64,000 nt of DNA from Candidatus Latescibacterota bacterium (lineage in GTDB: Bacteria; Latescibacterota; UBA2968). How positions within the stretch are numbered: the first letter of the stretch is position 1; every line of letters begins with the position of its first letter. The stretch covers positions 3,808,001 to 3,872,000 of the forward strand of contig OZ244960.1 of NCBI GenBank assembly GCA_965222605.1, read 5' to 3'. Made by a program: the position numbers and the translations under genes. Shown piece after piece: positions 57,131 to 64,000 of the stretch. The notes beneath the pieces are model-generated. The model did not search any database. It saw nothing but the letters and a program-made list of their open reading frames with translations, and was not told the origin of the DNA.

Positions 57131-58579
57131 ATGAACTCATTTTCCAAAAAGCCGAATTTGTTATTTATCTTTACGGATCAACAACGCGCGGATACGATGC
57201 GGTGTTATGGCAATGATCATATTGATACGCCGCATCTCAATGCGCTTGCGGATAAGAGTTTTGTTTTTGAGAATGCCTATGTCAGTCAGCCGGTGTGTAG
57301 TCCCTCGCGCGCCACGATGTTGTGTGGTCTTTACCCGCATACCGCGCGCGTGCCGGCGTGCAATGTTCCGCTGCCTCGAGATGTGCAAACTATTGCGGAG
57401 ATGGTGTCTTCCGATTATTGCTGTTGTTATAATGGCAAGTGGCACCTCGGCGATGAAATTTTTCCGCAGCACGGTTTTTCCGAATGGGTTGGTACCGAGG
57501 ATTCGTACCGTCGCTCTTTTTCGAGTTCTGAACGCCACGCATACCGCAGTGCTTATCATCATTTTCTCGTGGAGAATGGTTTTGAACCCGAATCCGAATC
57601 AGAAGGTCAGCGCATTTTTTCCCGCCATGTTGAAGCGAGTATGGATGAACCGTTTACCAAAGCGTCTTTCCAGGGCGACTGCGCTGCCCAATTTATACGC
57701 GCCTGTGGCGATGATCCCTTTGTGCTTGCTGTTTCTTATCTGGAACCGCATCCACCGCATACCGGGCCATTAAACGATTATTACGATCCCTCAGAACTTC
57801 CCGTTGGTCCCACATTTCGCCAGAAGCCGCCGACCAATGCGTCTCTTCTCAATCGCGTTTTATCTGCTTATTATATGGAGTCTGAAGAATACGGTTACGA
57901 TCTTCGCACAGACGAAGGTTGGCGTGCTGTTCGCGCGCGCTATTATGGCAATGTTACGTTGATTGATCGCTCTGTTGGCAAAATTCTCGCTGCGCTTGAA
58001 GATAGCGGGCAGGCGAATAATACCATTATTATTTTTACCAGCGATCACGGCGAGATGGTGGGTGATCACGGCATTTTGGGGAAGACTGTTCTGTACGAGG
58101 AATCCGTCAAGGTTCCGCTTCTTATCCATGTGCCCTGGTTGACCAAACAGCAGCGTATGATCGGTGGCAATATTTCGCATATTGATCTTGTGCCTACGCT
58201 TCTGGATTTGATGGACGAACCCATTCCCGATCATTTGCAAGGCGAGAGCCGCGTTCCTGTGCTGAATGGGGATGTAACATTATCGGAGAATGATGTTTTT
58301 ATTCAGTGGAACCGCAGTGACGGCCATCCGCGTCCGGGCGAGGCCGAGGTCAATCCCGCTATGAGTACGCCCTGGCGATCTATTATTTCCGCCGACCGCT
58401 GGAAGCTCAATCTCAGCGCGCACGATCAGTGTGAACTCTACGATCTCAACACCGATCCCTGTGAGACCGTTAATCATTTCGACGATCCCGAATGCCGAGG
58501 GCGTATCCGAGACCTGACCGAGCGTATTCGACAGTGGCAGGTGCAGACGAATGATCAGACTCCGTTGCCTGAGATTTAG
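57131..58579 (+). CDS. Sulfatase (Cys-type)
   Basis: PNLLFIFTDQQR, VCSPSRATML, GKWHLG, FTSDHG, ELYDL..DP.E. Confidence 0.9.
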   Translation: MNSFSKKPNLLFIFTDQQRADTMRCYGNDHIDTPHLNALADKSFVFENAYVSQPVCSPSRATMLCGLYPHTARVPACNVPLPRDVQTIAEMVSSDYCCCYNGKWHLGDEIFPQHGFSEWVGTEDSYRRSFSSSERHAYRSAYHHFLVENGFEPESESEGQRIFSRHVEASMDEPFTKASFQGDCAAQFIRACGDDPFVLAVSYLEPHPPHTGPLNDYYDPSELPVGPTFRQKPPTNASLLNRVLSAYYMESEEYGYDLRTDEGWRAVRARYYGNVTLIDRSVGKILAALEDSGQANNTIIIFTSDHGEMVGDHGILGKTVLYEESVKVPLLIHVPWLTKQQRMIGGNISHIDLVPTLLDLMDEPIPDHLQGESRVPVLNGDVTLSENDVFIQWNRSDGHPRPGEAEVNPAMSTPWRSIISADRWKLNLSAHDQCELYDLNTDPCETVNHFDDPECRGRIRDLTERIRQWQVQTNDQTPLPEI

Positions 58580-58594
58580 CAGGAGATTGATGGC

Positions 58595-59494
58595 GTGAAA
58601 ACGCAGGAAAGAAAATGGTGGTTGGCAATTTTATTGGGGCTTCCATTTCCGGGACTCGGTCAAATTTATAATGGACAACTCACAAAGGGTATTCTGTTTT
58701 ACGCTCTAAATTTGGGAGGGGTATTTTTATCGTCCCTCATCATTTTGGGAGGTCTTGCGATTGCCCCTCTGAATCTTGGAGTAGCCATACTTTGTTTGTT
58801 GGTCATCTACTTTTTCATTGCCTGGGATGCATTCAAAACAGCAAAAAAATCAACTCGAAATTTTCAGTGCAAAAGATATAATCACTGGTTGGTTTATCTG
58901 GTAGCAATTGTTGTGATACTGTTCGTTTCTGAAATAGTCATGAGCCCAATTCTGAGAACCTGCTTAATTAGAACGTTTAGTATTCCCAGCATGGCAATGG
59001 CGGATACCCTTTTGAGTGGCGATTACATATTTGCAAGTATGTCTGCCTATGGAATTAGAATCCCATTTGTGGGGAATCGCGTGATAGGTACTGATCGGCC
59101 AGACCCAGGGGATTTGGTCATTTTTAAATTTCCAAAAGATCCCAAACGCGCGTTTATCAAACGATGCATAGCAATTGAAGGGCAAATAGTAAAAATAGAA
59201 GATAAGGGTGTGTATGTGGATGGAAAGCGATTTGAGGATGCTGAAGGCGTTAAGAACGAAGATATGAGAATGTGGGACAAACAGAATAGCCCACGAGATA
59301 ATTTTGGTCCTTATACCGTTCCCGATGGGCACTTCTTTGTTCTGGGCGATAACCGAGACGATAGTTACGACAGTCGATTTTGGGGCGCTGTTCCAATAGA
59401 AAATTTACTTGGCAAAGCTATCCAGATTTATTTTTCTGAAGATGAAAAGAGTGGGAAAATCAGATGGCTTCGGATTGGTCAAATACCCAATTAG
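58595..59494 (+). CDS. lepB: Signal peptidase I with extra N-terminal transmembrane segment
   Basis: IPSMAM..TL (catalytic Ser), FIKRC (Lys), FVLGDNRDDSYDSRFWG. Confidence 0.88.
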   Translation: MKTQERKWWLAILLGLPFPGLGQIYNGQLTKGILFYALNLGGVFLSSLIILGGLAIAPLNLGVAILCLLVIYFFIAWDAFKTAKKSTRNFQCKRYNHWLVYLVAIVVILFVSEIVMSPILRTCLIRTFSIPSMAMADTLLSGDYIFASMSAYGIRIPFVGNRVIGTDRPDPGDLVIFKFPKDPKRAFIKRCIAIEGQIVKIEDKGVYVDGKRFEDAEGVKNEDMRMWDKQNSPRDNFGPYTVPDGHFFVLGDNRDDSYDSRFWGAVPIENLLGKAIQIYFSEDEKSGKIRWLRIGQIPN

Positions 59495-59531
59495 ATGCGT
59501 TTCCCGATGTTGTGTAGCAAGGAGGATTGTC

Positions 59532-60389
59532 TTGTATCTAAATTATAGGCGAGAACAATTTGCCCGCGATGGGTTCTATGTGTTTGAGAATATTCTCGAT
59601 TCTGTTCTGGTGGATCGATTGCAGCGCTTCAGCGATGATGTGCTCTCCGAACAGGAGCTAGAGCATTTTGAGATGCATCGCACGACCGGGAGTATGGTCA
59701 TGATCGATTGGGCTATGGCGTATCAGAATCCGGTCATGGCTGAACTCATCGCCCACTCCGGCGCGCTCGCAGCGTTAAAACAGCTCGGGTTTGATGAACC
59801 AAAGTTTGGGCACGGTCGCATTATCAGCAAGCCGCCGCATAGTCCACCGCTGTTCTGGCATGAAGATGGTCGTTTCTGGGATGATCCGGTGAGCTATACG
59901 ACGCAGCCCATTCAATGTTTTTTGATGTATTATTTGACAGATACTATGCCGCAAAACGGGTGTTTGCGCGTGGTTCCGGGATCGCATCTCAAGCGTCATT
60001 CATTACACGACGAGATTTCTCCGAGCCATACAGACGATCTCAGAACATTTGCCAATCCCGATGATCCGGGGTTTTCGAGGGTGGATGAAGAGATCGATGT
60101 TCCCGTAAAAGCTGGCGATCTCGTGATGGGTTACGGCAGCTTGTTGCACGCTTCGCATGCGAATCAGACAGATCAGCGCAGGACTGTGCTCACGATGTGG
60201 TACTATCCTGACTTTGTGGCTTTGCCAGAGCGCACGCAGGCCACGGTCGCTCTGGCAGAAGGCAATAACAGTGATACTGTGTCATCGGGTAAAGAGATGC
60301 AGACCCTGATGGAGCCGCTCAGAATCGCGTACGATGGCGAGGCCGAGCCGATAGAAATACAGTGGATACCGGGTGAGGAACTGAAGTGA
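59532..60389 (+). CDS. PhyH family dioxygenase
   Basis: GGAGG RBS + TTG start; FARDGFYV, FWHED, NGCLRVVPGSH, LLHASHAN. Confidence 0.85.
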   Translation: MYLNYRREQFARDGFYVFENILDSVLVDRLQRFSDDVLSEQELEHFEMHRTTGSMVMIDWAMAYQNPVMAELIAHSGALAALKQLGFDEPKFGHGRIISKPPHSPPLFWHEDGRFWDDPVSYTTQPIQCFLMYYLTDTMPQNGCLRVVPGSHLKRHSLHDEISPSHTDDLRTFANPDDPGFSRVDEEIDVPVKAGDLVMGYGSLLHASHANQTDQRRTVLTMWYYPDFVALPERTQATVALAEGNNSDTVSSGKEMQTLMEPLRIAYDGEAEPIEIQWIPGEELK

Positions 60390-60419
60390 GAAGATGCACA
60401 ATTAGAAAAGAGGTTAAAC

Positions 60420-61457
60420 ATGCCAAAAGTCCTTCTCGCGTCTAATAAACGCATCCGCGATAGCTATTTTTCGCCGGAAGAACTCGCCCGTCTCGAGACC
60501 TTCGCCACATGGGATTGGTTTGAGTGCGAGGGTGGCGGTATTTACGAGGCTCATCACGACCCTGAAACCATTGCACGTTTAGTTGAGCGCGTTGGGGATG
60601 TGGATGCTGTTGTCGTGTGCCACGGGTGCCCCACCATCGATGCTGAGGTGATGGATAGTGCGCCGAATTTGAAATTGGTTGGGGAACTGGAGGGCGACCG
60701 CTTTGCTGCGCGGGTAGATCTCGATGCTGCCTGGGAACGCGGCATTCGCACGGTTGATACGACTCAGGGGTCGTCTTATCCGGTTGCCGAATGGGCGCTC
60801 GCGCTTATCCTGATCGCGCTACGCAATGCGGGTGCGGCGTTTCGCCGCATTATCGCTGGCGATACAATTGGTGCTAAAAACCGCGATATGCACGGCATGC
60901 TATTCGGCAAGCGTGTCGGTCTTATTGGGTGCGGGCACATGGGCCGCCGTCTCATTTCTTTTTTGCGTCCTTTTAATACGGATATCTGGGTTTATGATCC
61001 GTATTTGTCTCGCGATATTGCCGAGATTGTCGGTTTTACGCAAACTTCGATGGATAAGATTTTTTCTGAGTGCGATGTTATTGTCTGCGTTGCCCCGCTT
61101 ACACCGCGCACCAGAGGTATGATTGGGAAACGCGAACTCGATCTCATCCCGTCCGGTTCGGTTTTTGTCAATGTATCGCGCGGCGCGATTGTCAATTCCA
61201 ATGCTCTTATCGAGCGCCTCAAGAGAGGTGATATTACCGCGGGTCTCGAGGTTTTTGATCCCGAACCTATTCCCCCCGATAGTGAGATTATTCATCTTCC
61301 CAATGTCTTTTTAAGCCCGCATTTTTCGGGCTATACAGGCGATGATTATCCCCCTTTCTTCAGACTTATGGTCGATGAATTTGATCGCTTTTTTCAGGGC
61401 CACGAGACGTGGTTTGATCTTACGCCTCAATCGCAGGCCAATCGCAGAGGCGACTGA
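60420..61457 (+). CDS. D-isomer specific 2-hydroxyacid dehydrogenase
   Basis: PVAEW, VGLIGCGHMG, VYDPY, VNVSRG, PEP, LSPH. Confidence 0.88.
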   Translation: MPKVLLASNKRIRDSYFSPEELARLETFATWDWFECEGGGIYEAHHDPETIARLVERVGDVDAVVVCHGCPTIDAEVMDSAPNLKLVGELEGDRFAARVDLDAAWERGIRTVDTTQGSSYPVAEWALALILIALRNAGAAFRRIIAGDTIGAKNRDMHGMLFGKRVGLIGCGHMGRRLISFLRPFNTDIWVYDPYLSRDIAEIVGFTQTSMDKIFSECDVIVCVAPLTPRTRGMIGKRELDLIPSGSVFVNVSRGAIVNSNALIERLKRGDITAGLEVFDPEPIPPDSEIIHLPNVFLSPHFSGYTGDDYPPFFRLMVDEFDRFFQGHETWFDLTPQSQANRRGD

Positions 61458-61527
61458 TCGCTTTTTCAATTTTCGCGTTTTGGGTATATTTAAACCCGTT
61501 TGGAGTATAACTATATTGGGAGATATT

Positions 61528-61929
61528 ATGTTTCGCCTCTATCTCGCGGCTGTCTGCGGTATTTTGATGGCTTGTCAGAATCCGCCAGAACAGAAAGCCG
61601 AACCCCCTCAGCGACCTCAGTTTGCTGCGGCAGATATTGAAAAAGGTAAGGCTCTTTACAAGAAATACGGGTGCGCGGTTTGCCATGGTCGCAACGGCCA
61701 TGGCAATGGTCAGATCGCGCGTACTCTCAATCCAAGGCCCCGCGATTTTCACGATCCCAAGGTTTATAAATACGGGCGTTCGGTTGAGGCTGTTTCGCGT
61801 ACGATCCTCAAAGGCACGCTCAATGAACGGGGTATGGGTATGCCCGGGTATCCCCAAATCTCCGAAGAAGAACGCGGGATTATCTCCATTTTTATTGTTT
61901 CGCTACAGGATCAGGATGTTCGGGATTAA
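61528..61929 (+). CDS. Monoheme cytochrome c lipoprotein
   Basis: Lipobox LMA-C, CAVCH heme motif, PRPRDF, distal GMP. Confidence 0.85.
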   Translation: MFRLYLAAVCGILMACQNPPEQKAEPPQRPQFAAADIEKGKALYKKYGCAVCHGRNGHGNGQIARTLNPRPRDFHDPKVYKYGRSVEAVSRTILKGTLNERGMGMPGYPQISEEERGIISIFIVSLQDQDVRD

Positions 61930-61932
61930 AGG

Positions 61933-62481
61933 ATGTTCAGGATAAAAGATTGGGCAGGAAGGTTCGTACGAGTTGGTGCTTCTTCAGCGCATGCGCAAGC
62001 ACAACGACTCTGGTTTGCACCTGTAGTGTACCCATCTGTGTTCATCTGTGTTCATCTGTGGTTGCTTTTGGGGATGGGATGCAGTGATCGGGATATTTCT
62101 TCGGTTACCGTCAAAAATGCATGGGTGCGGCAGAATATTCCGCCACAGACGATGACGGCGGCTTATTTGTTTATTCACAATCGCGGTGCTGCGACTGCGC
62201 TTATTTCTGCTTCTACACCTGCGGCTGAGGTTGCCGAGATTCACGTTATGACGACTGATGGAAATATTATGCGTATGAAAAAAATTGACCGTTTGCCGAT
62301 TCCGGAAAATGGTTCGGCGACTTTGCAACCCGGCGGCAACCATCTTATGATCATTGGTCTCAGACGCGATTTGGCTCCGGGCGATTCCCTCGCGCTTACG
62401 CTCACTTTTGCAAATGGTCAGGTGCAGACGCTTCGGGCACCTGTTGTTTCGATTCAGGATGAAGGATTACAGCGCAGATGA
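61933..62481 (+). CDS. Copper chaperone PCu(A)C
   Basis: NAWVR, AAYL, EIH...MRM, LQPGGNHLMI; N-terminus partly repeat-derived, true start uncertain. Confidence 0.85.
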   Translation: MFRIKDWAGRFVRVGASSAHAQAQRLWFAPVVYPSVFICVHLWLLLGMGCSDRDISSVTVKNAWVRQNIPPQTMTAAYLFIHNRGAATALISASTPAAEVAEIHVMTTDGNIMRMKKIDRLPIPENGSATLQPGGNHLMIIGLRRDLAPGDSLALTLTFANGQVQTLRAPVVSIQDEGLQRR

Positions 62482-63071
62482 ATGCGATCTGTAGTATAGG
62501 TTTGGCCGCTTTGCTGTTGCTATTTATGGCCTGTAAACCGCTTGAGCGCACGCCGAAATCCGATCCCGATCTTACCCTTTCTGCCGAACCCTATCCTTTT
62601 GGCGGCGATTTGACGCTTGTTGATCACGATGGCAATCCATTCCATTTGGCCGATCAACGGCGTCCATTTCTTCTCTTTTTTGGCTATGCGAGTTGTCCCG
62701 ATGCGTGTCCTCAAACTATGGCGCGGCTTGCCAGTGCTTATACGATTTTAGGCGAAGATGCACGCGCTCTCGGGACGCTTTTTGTCAGTGTTGATCCCGG
62801 GCGCGATTCACCACAAATGCTCAAATCTTATTTGTCGCATTTTGAGGTGCCGGCCATTGGTCTTACAGGGGTGCAGGATAGCATTGATGCGGTGGTCAAA
62901 CGCTATGCCGCTCATTATGAAATCGGCGAGCGGAATTCCGCGGCGGGGTATCTTATCGACCATTCCCTCTATACTTATCTCATTGACCAGAACGGCGATT
63001 TGCGTTTCTTTTTTCGCCCGTCTCATACCGCCGAAGAAATCGCAACTGTGGTTCGTCAATTGTCCAGGTAG
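62478..63071 (+). CDS. SCO family copper chaperone
   Basis: FFGYASCPDACP (CxxxC), SVDPGRD, YLIDHS..YLID. Confidence 0.9.
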   Translation: MNAICSIGLAALLLLFMACKPLERTPKSDPDLTLSAEPYPFGGDLTLVDHDGNPFHLADQRRPFLLFFGYASCPDACPQTMARLASAYTILGEDARALGTLFVSVDPGRDSPQMLKSYLSHFEVPAIGLTGVQDSIDAVVKRYAAHYEIGERNSAAGYLIDHSLYTYLIDQNGDLRFFFRPSHTAEEIATVVRQLSR

Positions 63072-63118
63072 ATTTTGAACTTAGACTCTGAGGAATCAGG
63101 AATTAAGAGAAGCGAATA

Positions 63119-64000
63119 ATGACTGACACAATAAAATCGGCTGACTACGCTGCTTGGCTGAACGGGCTGAAGTCGCGCATTCAATCGGCACACCTCAGCG
63201 CGGCACGCTCAATCAATCGCGAGATGATCCTGCTGTATTGGGACATTGGACACGGGATTGTGGAAAAGCAGGCAGAATTGGGCTGGGGCGACTCGGTCAT
63301 TGAACGACTCGCTTCGGATCTGAGCAAAGTTTTTCCTTCGATTCGGGGTTTTTCTAAACAGAATATATGGAGAATGAAGCAACTTTATTCGATCTACTCC
63401 TCACCTGAATTTCTCTCACAGGTTGTGAGAGAATTAGAACACGGTTCAACATGGCAAGAGATTGTTGCGGAATTGCCGGCTATACAACGTGCGCCGAAAA
63501 ATGTCTCACAGGCTGTGAGAGAACTGGTCGCAGCGGTTCCGTGGGGACATCATGCGAACGTATTGGCAAAGATAAAGGACCATGCTGAGCGCCTATACTA
63601 CCTCCGTGCCACTGTGAAGTTCGGCTGGACAAGAAATGTATTGATGAATCAGGTCAAGGCCGGTGCTTACGAGCGGTCCTTGGCGGAAGGTAAGTCGCAC
63701 AACTTTCCTGCCGCATTGCCTGAACATTTGGTCAAGCAGGCAGAGGAGGTGCTCAAAAGCTCTTATAATCTCGAATTTTTGGGGATTTCACGCGAAGTAA
63801 AAGAGCGCGAACTTGAAGGCCAGCTTATCGAAAAACTACAGGATTTCATCCTTGAATTGGGATACGGTTTCTGTTTTGTAGGAAGACAGTATCGCGTGGT
63901 ATTGGGTAGCAAGGAGTATTTCATTGATCTGCTCTTTTATCACCGATTTCTCAAGTCGCTGGTCGCTTTCGAACTGAAAGTTGGGGCATTCAAGCCGGAA
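63119..64000 (+). CDS. DUF1016 / YhcG-like PD-(D/E)xK nuclease domain protein (3' truncated; absent from the ORF track)
   Basis: My translation gives YAAWLNGLKSRIQ..INREMILLYWDIG, WGDSVIERLASDL, PWGH, KSSYNLEFLG, FILELGYGFCFVGRQY, IDLLFYHRFL..FELK. Confidence 0.88.
   Translation, partial: MTDTIKSADYAAWLNGLKSRIQSAHLSAARSINREMILLYWDIGHGIVEKQAELGWGDSVIERLASDLSKVFPSIRGFSKQNIWRMKQLYSIYSSPEFLSQVVRELEHGSTWQEIVAELPAIQRAPKNVSQAVRELVAAVPWGHHANVLAKIKDHAERLYYLRATVKFGWTRNVLMNQVKAGAYERSLAEGKSHNFPAALPEHLVKQAEEVLKSSYNLEFLGISREVKERELEGQLIEKLQDFILELGYGFCFVGRQYRVVLGSKEYFIDLLFYHRFLKSLVAFELKVGAFKPE

Noticed and set aside
61528-63071. Cytochrome c-PCu(A)C-SCO cluster as a novel system
   Set aside because: A common copper-delivery gene arrangement; annotated as features only.
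63413-63526. Direct repeat TCTCACAGG(T/C)TGTGAGAGAA as a regulatory site or mobile-element end
   Set aside because: It is in frame inside the DUF1016 gene (SQVVREL / SQAVREL), in a linker where such repeats are common in this family.
1-64000. tRNA, rRNA, riboswitch, CRISPR array or prophage
   Set aside because: None recognised by eye. Intergenic spaces are short and explained by terminators or REP-like elements. A covariance-model search was not possible, so small RNAs may have been missed.

Overview
A 64-kb bacterial chromosomal window. It is mostly catabolic genes: 10 PhyH-like Fe(II)/2OG dioxygenases, 3 sulfatases, 2 enolase-superfamily enzymes, several oxidoreductases and hydrolases, a SusC/SusD pair, and RND and MFS transporters. 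This content resembles marine or sponge-associated heterotrophs such as Latescibacterota, Gemmatimonadota or Poribacteria (inference only). A ~13.5-kb defence island lies at 12123-25685. It holds a type III-like R-M system (res ... mod) with a PIN/VapC toxin between the two genes, an AT-rich gene with an RxxxxH (HEPN-like) motif split by an intact IS1380, a PARIS-like ABC ATPase + DUF4435/TOPRIM pair, and a DUF262-DUF1524 (GmrSD-like) nuclease. The main observation is that the Res subunit ends in a ~40-aa tail resembling the toxin-neutralising C-terminus of VapB/Phd/FitA antitoxins. It is translationally coupled to an intact VapC that has no other antitoxin, which suggests the restriction enzyme itself holds a toxin in check. 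The window also has intact HicAB and DUF4258-like/DUF2283 TA pairs, several TA fragments, a solo TnpB element, REP-like palindromes (some nested, some inside coding sequence) and several deletion-scarred genes. No rRNA, tRNA or CRISPR array was recognised. All family assignments come from motifs read by eye, not database searches.
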